From an uncultured Methanoregulaceae archaeon (GTDB taxonomy: Archaea; Halobacteriota; Methanomicrobia; Methanomicrobiales; Methanospirillaceae), in the NCBI GenBank assembly GCA_963701095.1, contig OY969564.1, positions 576,001 through 640,000 of the forward strand: DNA of 64,000 bases, in the 5' to 3' direction. Below the pieces are notes generated by a model. It did no database searches. It was not told the origin of the DNA and worked only from the letters and a program-made list of their open reading frames with translations. This document shows positions 30,171 through 42,279 of this stretch, piece after piece. The translations under genes were made by a program, and so were the position numbers. Numbering within the stretch: the first letter of the stretch is position 1; the number at the start of each line of letters is the position of its first letter.

Positions 30171-33100
30171 ATGGTGATGAATTCTGAACCATCAGGTACA
30201 GATGCGGACATCCCTGAGGGCGAGAGCGCCATTGATGTCTTCATACTCTGCAAAGATGACCGGGATTCCGAGGAACTCTGCGGGCAGCTCGCGCCTCAAG
30301 GATACCGGGTCACCCTTTTTTCTGACAGTGCGGATCTGGTAGCAACCCTTCGTACAGGAAAACCCAACCTCCTTATCTGCGACGCCACCGGCCCGGGAAA
30401 GAAGGATATGACATTTGTCGGGAGATTAAAGCTGATTATGATCTCTGGAGGATCCCGATACTCCTTGTCACCGGCGTCGCAAGTCTCGGTGATCTTCTGG
30501 TTGTTCTTGACAGCAATGCAGACAACTTTCTCGCACGGCCGTACGATCCACAGTATCTTCTTTCGTTGATCGAGACGATGCTTTCATCCCCGGTTGAAAA
30601 ACCGGATCCCGAAAAGATCCGTACCCAGTTCAAGATCCGGCACGAAGATCGCGATTATGTGATTATGGCGGATCGCAGGAAACTCCTGGAATTCCTGCTT
30701 TCCTCGTTCGAGATTGCAGTCGACCGCGCCGGGGAGCTGGCACATGTCCAGAACGCCTTGGACGGGCTTAAATCCACACTTGAACGCCGGGTCTCAGACA
30801 GAACAAACGAACTTGTCACCGAAACAGCCCGGCTTCAGATGCTGTTGAATGGGAAGAACCGCGAACTGGAAACCGCCTCAAAGGCGATCAACGAGCAGAA
30901 AAAAGGAGAAGCTGCCCTGCGCAGCACGATGGAAGAGCGCGAAAGGGTCATTTCAGCAAACCGTGACGATATCACCCGGCTTTCGCAGGAAATTGAATCA
31001 ACCCGTGCACGCCTTGCCGAGGCAGAAGACATAGTCCGGACTCTGGGAAATGAAAAGGATGAACTTGAACATGCGCTTCGCGGTGATGCCGAGTCCCTGA
31101 ACCGTGACCTCGGACAGACAAAAAAAGATCTGGAAGAAGCAAAAAAAGAACTCGCCGCCATTTTGGGACAGCGTACAGCGCTTGAGGCGCAGGTCGCTGA
31201 ATTCACCCTCACCCATGAAGACGCACAAAAAGTGCTGAACACTCGTGCCATGGAAATCGGGCAGCTTAAAAGTGATCTTGCCAGTGAGAAAAACCGGGCG
31301 GAAGCCGCTGAAATGGAAGTTAAATCCATACTTCAGGAAAAAGCGAGATCAGAACAGGACCTCCGGCACACGGTTGAGGATATCACAGAAAAGGCACAAC
31401 AACAGTCGCGGGAGTGCCTGAGACTTGCTGATGAGCTCGCCGCAGAAAACGAGCAAAAATCTGCAGCTGAGCAAAAATACAACGAACTTATCCAGGACCA
31501 AGCCAAAAAAGAGGCCGTGTTCGCCGCGGAAAAAAGTGCGATCGCGGTGCACTACAACACGCTCCAGCAGAAATACGACGCCTTGACAGAATCGTACTGC
31601 GCTGAACGCCAGAAGAGTTCCTCATTGGAAGCAGACATTACCCGTATAACAGCTGCGCAGGATCAGGTTAATCAAGAATTGCAGTCTGTCAGGGAAGAAC
31701 TTCGTCTGGCACTCGCTGCAAATGAGGATGAGCGAAGACTGCGTATCACTGCTGAAACCAATGCTGCGGCGATGGGAAAATCAAAGGAGGAGGAAATACA
31801 GACCCTTAAAAACGATGTTGCCTCGCTCCGCGCCGTGATTGAAAGCACCCAATCCGATCTCCTGCAAGTAAGGCAAGAACGTGATGCTGCACAGGAAACC
31901 CATGAGAATCTCAAAGACGATCTCGCCGCTGCTCTTCTTGCAGGTGCCGAAGCCGAAAAACTTTCCCGCTCTACGGCAAATGAGATGGAACAGGTAAAGG
32001 AAGAGCTGGATACCAAGCAACGCCTTCTCTATGAAGCTGAGGAAAAATTTTCGGCAATGACACGGGCAAAGGAACTGGCCGAACACGATCTTAATTCTGC
32101 CAGGGATCTGGCGGCAGTGCAGGAGCAGGATCACCTCGCTAAAATCCAAGAGATTACTGATGCCCTTGATGTTGAGAAGGATGCGAGGTTAAAGGTTGAA
32201 GATAATCTTGCACGTATTATCGAAGAAAAAGAAGCGGCAGACCAAAAACTCTTCGCAATTGCCCAAGAGAGGATTGCCGAGAGGGAGTCCAGGGAGCAGG
32301 CAGCATTCCGAGAACGCGAGCTCCTCGCTAAGATTCAGGGGCTAACCGAGACCCTTGATGCCGAAAGAGATGCACGATCAAAGGCAGAAGACGACCTGGC
32401 TCGCATTACAGCAAAGAAAGAGGCAGCAGACCAGAAACTCCTCGCAATTGCCCACGAAAGAGTTGTAGAAAGAGTGTCAGGGGAGCAGGCCGCAACGCGA
32501 GAGCGCGAACTTCTGACAAAAATCCAGGACCTGACCGATACACTGGGTACGGAGAGGGATGCGCGATCGAAAGCAGAAGACAATCTCGCTGCCATGACCC
32601 GGGAAAAAGAAGCTGCAGAACTTCAATTGCATGCCGTAACCGAAGACGTAGCAAAAGAAGAGGCCCCGGGTAATGAGCGTATTACAACGCTCGAAGCCGA
32701 TCTCAAAATTGCCCTTGAACGACAGCGATCCCTGGAAGAGCAGCTCCGCGCTGCTGAACGGGAGCAGGCCGATAAAGAGGCCACTGTGCAGGCTCTTACT
32801 GTAGAGATTGAAAAGGCTACCGCGGCACTCTTTGCAGAAAAAGAGGAAAGACATGCGGCAGAAGATGCATATGCCGAAGCAAAAAACGTTCTTGTCGCAT
32901 TGAGGAAAAAGCCGCAGATCCCATCCTCGGCAATAGAAGAGGTTCAGATAGCAGACCACGCACTCATATCCAAAAAACCGGATCTTCCGGTCATGATTTC
33001 AGGTGGTTCGCATGCCCTTGCCAGAAAAGAGATTGATCGACCTGTCCCGGTACAGGCAGATCCAACGACGCCGGATACCAGTGACGAAATGGAAAACCCC

Positions 33101-33580
33101 CATCTCAGGATCAAAAGCGTTGAAGACCTTTTCGAAGAACCTCGTGAGATAAGGCTCGATGAACTTCCTGACGCGATCCCGACAAAAAAGGCACTGGCGG
33201 ACGAGGATGATATATCCGGAGCGCCCGAGACCGATTCCTCCGATATTGAAACAGTAGTGCGCGGTGAGGGAGGTGATCTCTCTGACGATCCTGAAGATGA
33301 TGGCGACGATGTTTGTGTTGGAGAGATTGAACAGACCGAAGATGGTGCTGAAGGCACTCATGTTAATGACGCCGGTCCCCCGACATTCAGCCGGCAACAA
33401 TGGTTTGATCTGGTAAGATGGGCGCACAATGCGGGTTCACTGAGCCATGAAGATCGTATCAGAATTGTCAAACTCGGTCGTTTGATCCAGAAAGGTAGGT
33501 TGCTTACTCATCGACAGGAATCGCAGTTAGCAGAGCTCGTGACGCTCGCCCATGCAAAAGGGTACCGGCCACCGGAATAG
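30171..33580 (+). CDS. Receiver domain plus very long coiled-coil protein (~1136 aa), 1-nt deletion near 30398
   Basis: LLICDAT, then (shifted) GYDICREIKAD..IPILLVTG..ADNFLARPY leading into the 1004-aa E/K/A-rich ORF. Confidence 0.82.
32141..32638 (+). repeat. Intragenic tandem repeat, 189 bp / 63 aa, about 2.6 copies
   Basis: KIQ.[IL]T..L..E.DAR.K.ED.LA...KEAA units start at 32141, 32330 and 32519. Confidence 0.9.
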
Positions 33581-33689
33581 ATGGCCTGTCTCAAATTATT
33601 TTAGTCAGATCGTAAATGTCCCGGATTTTACCAATTCTGCTCTTTTTACCAAATGATGGTATTGAAAGGCCATCCCATAAAGAGAGTTT

Positions 33690-34436
33690 TTAATTATCAT
33701 CACACTGTAAGATCGGATGTATTACCAGTTTGCTTGCAGGAGCAGTATCCTGACATATTCTAACGTCAGAAGCATATATCATGAAACCTAGACTGGTTGC
33801 AAGGCCAGCCATACTGATCGTGAAAACCAGATCTGGGCGAATCAATCGTAAATTTTCAACCATAATTAGGATTACAAGTACGCTACAACCTTGGATTTGG
33901 TACAGAGTACTGCGAGAATCCGCTCGATCGCATGGACGGATCGAACCAGCAACCTTCATCGCACTGAATGGGAAGAGAGGGGAAATTCCTTTTCTTGTAC
34001 AAAGATCTTCTGCCATGTGAAGTCCAAGACCAAGAAAGATTCCGCCGAGGAATATCCCCATATACCCGGCATATGCGCTATTTATGAGCATGGCAGGAAC
34101 AAAGAAGAGAACACCTGTAAATATGGCGATAAAAAGAACGCCTGGAATGGAATGTGTAAGGCGCTTGTCAAAAGGATCCCGGACCGGATATCCTAATTGT
34201 GCATATATCCTATCCAGAACCAATACACAGAGCATCCGAGGTACCTGGACAATACCCCATGCAATAGTAAGAAAGGAGAGGTGACGCGGCCGGGACATAT
34301 GAATATCAGGAAGGATTGCACCCAGACACGTACCGGTACTGATAATAGCGACAATAAGAGGGTTTGAGAAAATAAGAGAACTGAATACAATAAGAGAGCA
34401 AACCAGGGCAAGTATTACATGGTGCCGGGTGATCAT
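33690..34436 (-). CDS. Membrane-bound metal-dependent hydrolase (YdjM/DUF457-like)
   Basis: GAILPDI, RLTHSI, LHMAEDLCT..G..PLFPF. Confidence 0.8.
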   Translation of the reverse strand: MITRHHVILALVCSLIVFSSLIFSNPLIVAIISTGTCLGAILPDIHMSRPRHLSFLTIAWGIVQVPRMLCVLVLDRIYAQLGYPVRDPFDKRLTHSIPGVLFIAIFTGVLFFVPAMLINSAYAGYMGIFLGGIFLGLGLHMAEDLCTRKGISPLFPFSAMKVAGSIRPCDRADSRSTLYQIQGCSVLVILIMVENLRLIRPDLVFTISMAGLATSLGFMIYASDVRICQDTAPASKLVIHPILQCDDN

Positions 34437-34859
34437 GATGAGATTTTCCTTATTTTTCCGTATTTTAGTGATCTTTTGGGCAGAGGATCAAATCTAAAAT
34501 TGATATTTAGCCCGGGATTACCTCGGGTAATTCAGTTTTTGAGGACGATCGATAATAATATAGGAAAATAATCTGAGGCCGGGCACATATATGTGTTGGG
34601 ATTTAGTTGTTTTAGAAGGAATATATAATAAAAATAATTAACGAAATGCTTAACCATATCATAATCCTTCCTTAACGAACTCTTAGTGGAAACCCCAGAT
34701 AAATACATATAGTGTTAGTTCAGCGTTGTGAGGTGATTATTAGAGGGAAGAGACACAATTTGCCTCGTTTATCCGGCCGGGTTACCACCGGTTTTTAAAA
34801 AACAGGAGGACACTTATCTCTTCCGGATAATTGATCATCAAAACAAAATTTGGATTATA

Positions 34860-34885
34860 AAAGGTAACATTTTCTGATTACCTTT
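34860..34885. promoter_or_regulatory. Palindromic putative operator upstream of modA
   Basis: AAAGGTAA-N10-TTACCTTT perfect inverted repeat just before a TATA-like AATATAAA (34891). Confidence 0.45.
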
Positions 34886-34962
34886 CCGACAATATAAACA
34901 AAATTTTAACTACTTTCCTGAGAAAAGATATTTGAAGAGTTAATTTTTCAGGATTGTGATTC

Positions 34963-35916
34963 ATGAAAGCAATGCTTACCCCCACGAGATTAGCGCTCAT
35001 CGGAATGATCTGCTGCCTCTTGTTCGTATCGGCACTCTTTGCCGGTTGCACGCAAAGCACAACGACTACCCCGACAACTGCCACGCCGACCGAGATACCG
35101 GCAACCCCGGTACCCACAACAGTAGAAGTAGCACCTACCGCTGCCCCGACCACTGTCGCACCTACAGCGACTCCGGCCCCTTCATTCACTCCATCCGCAA
35201 ATAACCTCGTTGTGTATACAGCTGCCTCCCTGACAGGAGCCTCCAAAACCATAGGATCTTCCTTCACGAAAGCCTACCCAAGTACAACGGTGTCATTCGA
35301 TCTTGACGGAACTCAGGCACTCAAGACTCAAGTCGAGAACGGAGCCTATGCTGATGTTTTCATCTCTGCAAGTAACAGTTATACGAACACCCTGAAAAGT
35401 GAGGGCTATTTTGTCGACGGCACCGTACAGCCCCTGGCGACAAACTACATTATTGTCATTCTTCCTCCCGCTAACACAGCAAACATCCAGTCCCTTGCCG
35501 ATCTTGCAAAGCCCGGTGTGAAGATTGCGATAGAGCAAAAGGCGGTTCCCGCTGGCACGGCAACATTAGCAGTCATCGGAAACCTTGCCAACGATACCTT
35601 GAGTCAGAGCTGGGCTAATGCAACGATGAGTAACGTCGTAACCCAAGAGACTTCCGAGCCTGCCGTTGCCGCTAAAGTAGCTCTTGGCGAAGTCGATGCA
35701 GGATTCGTATACCAGTCCACGGCGACGGCAGCACCGAGCGGCACATATACGACGCTCACCATCCCCCAGAAGGACAACTATCTCCAGACATACACTATAG
35801 GCATTCTCAAGGGAAGTCAAAACAAGGCAGCGGCAGCAGAATTCGAGCAGTATATGCTCTCATCTGCTGGCCAGCAGATACTGGCGCAGTACGGTTTTTC
35901 CGCCCCGCCAAAGTAA
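34963..35916 (+). CDS. modA: Molybdate/tungstate ABC substrate-binding lipoprotein
   Basis: FAGC lipobox, T/P/A-rich linker, TAASL, ADVFISAS, VPAG, GEVDAGFVY. Confidence 0.92.
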   Translation: MKAMLTPTRLALIGMICCLLFVSALFAGCTQSTTTTPTTATPTEIPATPVPTTVEVAPTAAPTTVAPTATPAPSFTPSANNLVVYTAASLTGASKTIGSSFTKAYPSTTVSFDLDGTQALKTQVENGAYADVFISASNSYTNTLKSEGYFVDGTVQPLATNYIIVILPPANTANIQSLADLAKPGVKIAIEQKAVPAGTATLAVIGNLANDTLSQSWANATMSNVVTQETSEPAVAAKVALGEVDAGFVYQSTATAAPSGTYTTLTIPQKDNYLQTYTIGILKGSQNKAAAAEFEQYMLSSAGQQILAQYGFSAPPK

Positions 35917-35938
35917 AAAATATCTCATCCTTTTTCCT

Positions 35939-36805
35939 ATGAGCCGGGCCGCCGGCATCCCTGCCGGTAGCGAAAACCCCATGATCATCGATCGTTTCCG
36001 GTTAAGAAACTACCGCCAGAGGCTTACATACCTTATTGCAGGGATATTGATCGCAGCAGTTACGTTGTATCTGGCACTCCCTATTTTTGCACTTTTTCTT
36101 AGGATGACACCGGATTTGTTTTTTGCCACCCTCCATGACCCGGACGTTGTAAGTGCACTCTGGCTGAGCCTGTTTACTACATTCATTACCCTTGCTGTAG
36201 TCGTTCTTGTCGGAACGCCTTTTGCCTATTTCCACTCACGGTATTCGTATCCGGGAAAGGTGATAGTTGATACCCTGATCGATCTTCCCCTTGTCCTTCC
36301 CCCGGCGGTCGCCGGTGTTGCCCTCCTCGTACTCTGGGGGAGGGCCGGGATCCTCGGCAGGTACCTCAACATGTACGGGATCACAATTGCATTCACAACA
36401 CTTGCGGTAATCATGGCACAGATCTTTGTCGCATCACCGTTCTATCTACGTCAGGCCAAATCGCTTTTTGAGCAGCTGGACCCCGCTTATGAGCAGACCG
36501 CCCGTACCCTTGGTGCCTCATCACTCCGGATCCTTACCAGTATCACCGTTCCTATGACGGCAGGTGGCCTGATTTCAGGTGCAGTCATGACTTTCGGGCG
36601 TGCCCTTGGTGAATTTGGCGCGACGATCATGTTTGCGGGTAACCTACCCGGGGTGACACAGACTATGCCCCTTGCAGTCTATGTTGGCATGGAAGGCGCC
36701 AATATCAATGTCGGGCTGACAATCTCTATCCTGCTAGTAATCATCTCATTTGGCATCATGATTGCCGTGCGCCTGATCCAGAAAAGGGAGATGCCCCATG
36801 CTTGA
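35939..36805 (+). CDS. modB: Molybdate ABC permease
   Basis: DLPLVLPPAVAG, ARTLGAS, RALGEFGAT. Confidence 0.92.
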   Translation: MSRAAGIPAGSENPMIIDRFRLRNYRQRLTYLIAGILIAAVTLYLALPIFALFLRMTPDLFFATLHDPDVVSALWLSLFTTFITLAVVVLVGTPFAYFHSRYSYPGKVIVDTLIDLPLVLPPAVAGVALLVLWGRAGILGRYLNMYGITIAFTTLAVIMAQIFVASPFYLRQAKSLFEQLDPAYEQTARTLGASSLRILTSITVPMTAGGLISGAVMTFGRALGEFGATIMFAGNLPGVTQTMPLAVYVGMEGANINVGLTISILLVIISFGIMIAVRLIQKREMPHA

Positions 36806-37496
36806 AGCCGTCATAGTAAAACAACTGCGAGACTACACGCTTGACCTGAAGCTGATAGTAAAGGCCGGCGAGATCACGGCCCTGATGGGTGTAAACGGTT
36901 CCGGGAAATCCACGACACTCAACATTATCGCCGGCCTTGTGAAACCAGACACAGCTTCTATTAGCCTCAATAACGAAGTCCTGTTCAGAACCAAGGATAA
37001 CATTGATATCCCCACTGAAGACCGCCAGATAGGATATGTTCTCCAGAACTCAGCCGTATTTCCTCATATGACTGTCCACGATAACGTCGCGTTCGGTCTT
37101 CGTGCCCGGCACCTCCCGCGTATGGACATCTCGGAACGCGTTGAGTACTGGACAGAGCATATGCATATCGAAGATTTAGTTGGGGTAAAAGCAGGGAATC
37201 TTTCTGGTGGCCAGAAACAACGGGTCGCACTTGCCAGGGCTTTTGCGGTTGAGCCCGATCTTTTAATGCTGGACGAACCGTTTACCGGGCTCGATGCAGA
37301 CAGTATGAAAGTCGTAAAAGTGCTTGTCCGGGAATTTGTTAAAAAGATGCAGATACCCTGCATTACGGTTACGCACCGTGCTGTCGACAGCGCGGATATT
37401 GGGGACTTTGCCTGTGTTCTCTGTCAGGGTAAAAAAGAATGGGAAGGCTCACCTGCAAAAATACCGGAGCTCTATTCGGTCTGTCATTGCACATGA
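36798..37496 (+). CDS. modC: Molybdate ABC ATP-binding protein
   Basis: GVNGSGKST, LSGGQKQRVALARA, LDEPF. Confidence 0.9.
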   Translation: MLEAVIVKQLRDYTLDLKLIVKAGEITALMGVNGSGKSTTLNIIAGLVKPDTASISLNNEVLFRTKDNIDIPTEDRQIGYVLQNSAVFPHMTVHDNVAFGLRARHLPRMDISERVEYWTEHMHIEDLVGVKAGNLSGGQKQRVALARAFAVEPDLLMLDEPFTGLDADSMKVVKVLVREFVKKMQIPCITVTHRAVDSADIGDFACVLCQGKKEWEGSPAKIPELYSVCHCT

Positions 37497-37748
37497 ACCT
37501 TAAGAAAGACAACACTATTTTGATCATGTGTCTGAAATAATCCAGGTACATTCTTCGGTCAGAAACTCCGAAATATTATTTGTCTGCTGATCCGGTTTGC
37601 CTAACAAATTACTGAATATCCTTTTGCACAAGCGTCGGTAGTGAGCCAAGAACAAGGGCATATTTATACCAAGCAGCAAAACAGCTGACAAGCGATCCTG
37701 CCGGCATAAAAATCCGGTTTGATGAGAGATAGGTGAGGTAATCGTTCC

Positions 37749-40180
37749 ATGACTACCGATTCAATCGGGGCAATGATCAAAAAACAGATAAAACCTGCGG
37801 TTCTGATTTTTTTACTGCTTACCCTCGTAGTAGGCGTTCTTTATCCGCTTTTAGTCACCGGTATCGCGCAGGTGGCCTTTCCGGTCCAGGCAAACGGAGA
37901 TATTCTTGTACACAACGGCAAAGTTGTCGGATCGTCACAGATAGGGCAACCGTTCTCGTCCCCGCAATATTTCTGGGGACGCCCTTCGGCAACTTCCCCG
38001 GTACCCGACAACGCAGATTCTTCTACCGGATCTAATCTTGGCCCCAATAACCCGGTACTTGAACAGCAGGTGCAGGCCCGGTGGAAGCCCTTCATGCGAT
38101 AGATCCCAATAATACCAACGAGATCCCTGTGGATCTCGTCACGACATCGGGAAGTGGCCTCGATCCCGACATCTCAGTTGCAGCTGCGTATTACCAGATC
38201 CCCCGTGTCTCCCGTGAACGCAACCTCTTACAAGCCGATGTCACGGCACTTGTTAATTCACAGATCGAACCCCGGCAGTTCGGCATATTTGGTCAATCCC
38301 GGGTAAACGTTCTTTCATTGAACCTAGCTCTTGACGATCTCAGCGCACATGCGATCTCTGCAAAAGAGCTTTCCGGATCCTCACCCATACCGGAGAATCG
38401 TGGCCCGGATCTGCTCTTTGGTATGGAAATACAGGATTGGATCCAGATACTCCTTTTCATTTTCATAGTCGCAGTTATCACGGTTCCTCTCGGATCGTGG
38501 ATGGCAAAAATATTCACCGGTAAGCCTAATTTCCTCTCTCCGGTCACCGACTGGTTCGAACAAAAAGTTCTAACGATCTGTGGCGTCAGCATAGGCGAGG
38601 AGATGGACTGGAAGGAGTTTGCAGTAGCCGTAATGGTATTTGCCGTTCCCTGCATTGGCGTTGTTTTTGTAATACAGCTTGTTCAGCAGTTCCTGCCCCT
38701 CAACCCGGCAGGACTGGGGTCCGTGCCGTGGGATCTTTCTTTGAATACCGCGATCAGTTTTGCGACAAACACCAACTGGCAGGCATATGTGCCGGAAGTA
38801 ACAGTCAGTTATTTTACCCAGATGGTGGGTCTGGTAGTCCAGAATTTCATCTCAGCTGCAGTCGGAATTGCTGTTCTTATCGCGCTCATCTATGCATTTA
38901 TGCGACGATCGGCAACTACCATTGGTAATTTTTGGGTGCTGTTGGTTCGTGCGGTCATTTTTTTGATCCCGCTCGCTCTCGTTATATCTCTCGTGCTTGT
39001 TTCTCAGGGAACCCCCCAGACGTTCGGCGGTCCGGTTACAGTTCCTCTGCTTAACCCGATCAACGATTCTTCCGGAAATCTGGTAACCACTCAGACTATC
39101 CCGCTTGGGCCGGTAGCATCACAAATCGCCATCAAGATGCTCGGTACAAATGGCGGTGGATACTACAATGCCAACTCTGCGCATCCTCTCGAAAATCCGA
39201 CACCTTTCTCCAATTTTGTAGAAATGCTTGCTATGATCATTATTCCTGCCGCGCTCTGTATAGCGTTTGGGGCAATGATCGGCTCGAGACGCAAAGGAGT
39301 CGCTCTTCTCATCGCCATGTCAATTATTTTCCTTCCACTGGCCGGTCTTGCCATATGGTCAGAACAAAGCGGAAACCCGGTACTTACCCCGCTCGGTGTC
39401 GATCAAGCTCCCTCTCATCTCCAGTCGGGAGGGAATATGGAAGGAAAAGAGGTACGATTCGGCATTGTTTCTTCAGCCCTTTTTGCTGTCATAACCACGA
39501 GTACCTCCTGTGGTGCAGTCAACTCGATGCATGATTCGTTTATGCCCATTGCTGGCGGAATTGTCCTTTTTGATATGCATCTGGGAGAGGTTGTTTTTGG
39601 AGGTGTCGGATCCGGTTTATACGGGATGCTCATCTTTGTCATTATAGCGATGTTTATTGCCGGCCTGATGGTAGGCCGGACACCGGAACTCTATGGCAAG
39701 AAGATCGAGCAGTGGGAGATGAAGATGGCTACGATAATTATCCTCGTCCCCATCATCATGATTCTTGCCTTCACGTCCCTCGCTGTCCTGACAAGTGCCG
39801 GCCAGGCTGGCGTTTTTAACCCGGGACCGCATGGATTTACCGAGATCCTGTACGCATATACCTCAGCATCCCAGAACAACGGCAGTGCTTTTGCCGGTCT
39901 GAATGCAGATTCCCTGTTCTACAACATTACAACAGCAATTGCGATGTTTATCGGGCGCTATTTAGTCATTATCCTGACACTCGCACTCGCTGGATCACTT
40001 GTCACAAAAAAGATTGTTCCACCCAGTGAAGGCACGCTGTCGGATCATCGGCCGCTGTTTATTTTGTGGCTGGTGTTTGTCATTATCATCGTTGGAGCGC
40101 TTAGTTTCCTGCCAGCTCTTTCGCTTGGTCCTATTGCAGAGTATATGAGTATGGTTGCGGGGGGGCTGATCCATGTCTGA
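37749..40180 (+). CDS. kdpA: Fused KdpC-KdpA K+-transporting ATPase subunit (1-nt deletion near 38080 inside the KdpC part)
   Basis: KdpC motifs YFWGRPSA, SNLGP, VTTSGSGLDPDIS and VNVLSLNLALD run in frame into KdpA motifs TNTNWQAY, LGTNGGG, MEGKEVRFG and NNGSAF. Confidence 0.88.
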
Positions 40181-42272
40181 TACAAAAAAGCCGCGTAATG
40201 GGACTGCGATCCCTGGTCTTTACCAGCGTGCAGTTGTGGATGCATTCTTCAAACTGGATCCGCGGACACTTATCAACAACCCGGTAATGTTTACCGTGGA
40301 AGTCGGTAGTGCCATAACGACTCTGCTCTATTTCCAAGCACTTCTCGGTCCGGGAGAGGCTCCGCCGGTTTTATTGGCGCTATCTCCGCATGGCTCTGGT
40401 TCACGGTGCTTTTTGCTAACTTTGCGGAAGCACTTGCTGAAGGCCGGGGTAAGGCGCAAGCTGAATCTCTCCGTAAGATGCGGCAGGACACCACCGCAAA
40501 AAGGCTCAAACCAAAGTACAAAATAATCAAAGGGAGCGAACCCCAGGAAACAGATTTCGAAATAGTTTCATCTTCGATCCTGCAAAAATCCGAACTTTTC
40601 TATGTCAGGGCCGGGGATTTAATTCCGGTTGACGGTGAGATTTTAGAAGGTATCGCATCAATCAACGAGAGCGCGATTACTGGCGAAAGCGCCCCGGTTA
40701 TCCGGGAAGCCGGCGGTGATCGCAGTGCAGTCACGGGAGGGACAGCTCTTCTCTCCGATTGGTTGATTGTCAAAGTCAGTGCAAATCCTGGCGAAGGGTT
40801 CCTTGATCATATGATAAGCCTTATCGAAGGAGCAAAGCGCCAGAAAACACCCAACGAGATCGCGCTCAATATCCTTCTGCTCGGCCTTACTACCGTCTTC
40901 ATTGTTGTTGCAGCGTCCCTTTATGCATTTTCCGGATATAGCGTACAGGCAGTCGGCGCCGGAACAACAATATCCATAACCGTGCTTGTTGCGCTCTTTG
41001 TCTGTCTTGCACCGACTACTATTGGAGGGCTCCTTTCTGCCATCGGAATTGCAGGAATGGACAGGTTGATCCAGAGGAACGTAATAACGACATCAGGCAG
41101 GGCTATCGAGGCTGCCGGTGACGTGGATGTCCTCCTGCTTGATAAGACTGGTACAATTACGCTCGGGAACCGGCAAGCCGTTGAATTTATCCCGGTGGAC
41201 GAGACAAAGATAGAGGATCTTGCCGGGGTCGCTCAGACTGGCGTCTCTTGCCGATGAAACTCCAGAAGGCCGAAGTATTGTTGTACTTGCAAAGGAGAAG
41301 TACGGCCTCCGCGGCAGGACTGTCGGAGCATCCGGTGACGATGCCGGTATGCAGTTTGTCCCGTTCTCAAGCCAGACACGAATGAGTGGGGTCGACCATG
41401 GTGATCTCCACATACGAAAAGGCGCTGCTGATGCCCTATATAAGTACATTCATGCGAGCGGAAATGTCGTTTCAGATCAGCTCAGGGAAGCTGTAGATAC
41501 TATCTCACGGGCTGGGGGAACGCCACTTGTTGTGGCACAAAATGGAAAAGCGCTCGGTGTTATTCATTTAAAAGATATCGTAAAGGGCGGGATCAAGGAA
41601 CGTTTCGTCCAGCTCAGGAAAATGGGCATCAAGACGGTGATGATTACCGGTGACAACCGGCTTACCGCTGCGACGATTGCGGCTGAAGCTGGTGTCGATG
41701 ATTTCCTTGCCGAGGCCACACCTGAAAGTAAATTAAAATTGATCCGTGAATATCAGGCCGGTGGTCGGATGGTGGCAATGACCGGAGACGGCACAAACGA
41801 TGCCCCGGCACTTGCCCAGGCAGACGTTGCCGTCGCTATGAATACCGGTACACAGCCTGCACGTGAAGCCGCCAACATGATCGATCTCGATTCCAACCCT
41901 ACCAAACTTATCGAGATCGTTGAAATCGGAAAACAGTTGCTTATGACCAGAGGGGCCTTAACGACGTTCTCAATTGCTAACGATATTGCCAAATATTTCG
42001 CCATTATCCCGGTTGCTTTTGCCACGACGTACCCATCGCTTTCCGCACTCAACATTCTGGGGCTTCACAACGGGATTCTTTCGGCAGTCATTTTCAACGC
42101 GATTATTATCGTCCTGCTTATACCGCTTGCATTGAGAGGAGTGAAATATCGTGCAATGTCTGCTGAAGAGGCGTTACGCAACAATATTCTGATTTTTGGG
42201 ATTGGTGGTATCATAGCACCCTTTATCGGGATAAAGATTATCGATATACTGCTTGTTTTCTTTGGAGTGTGA
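40173..42272 (+). CDS. kdpB: K+-transporting P-type ATPase subunit B, two indels (near 40363 and 41237)
   Basis: [44 protein letters not shown]. Confidence 0.92.
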
Positions 42273-42279
42273 CAAATCT

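Noticed and set aside
30566..33580. SMC/Rad50 ATPase
   Set aside because: No Walker A/B, signature motif, hinge or CxxC hook.
35060..35200. T/P/A-rich repeat-like stretch
   Set aside because: An ordinary low-complexity linker of an archaeal lipoprotein (ModA).
37500..37748. c-di-AMP (ydaO) riboswitch upstream of kdp
   Set aside because: I could not find the conserved ydaO sequence elements.
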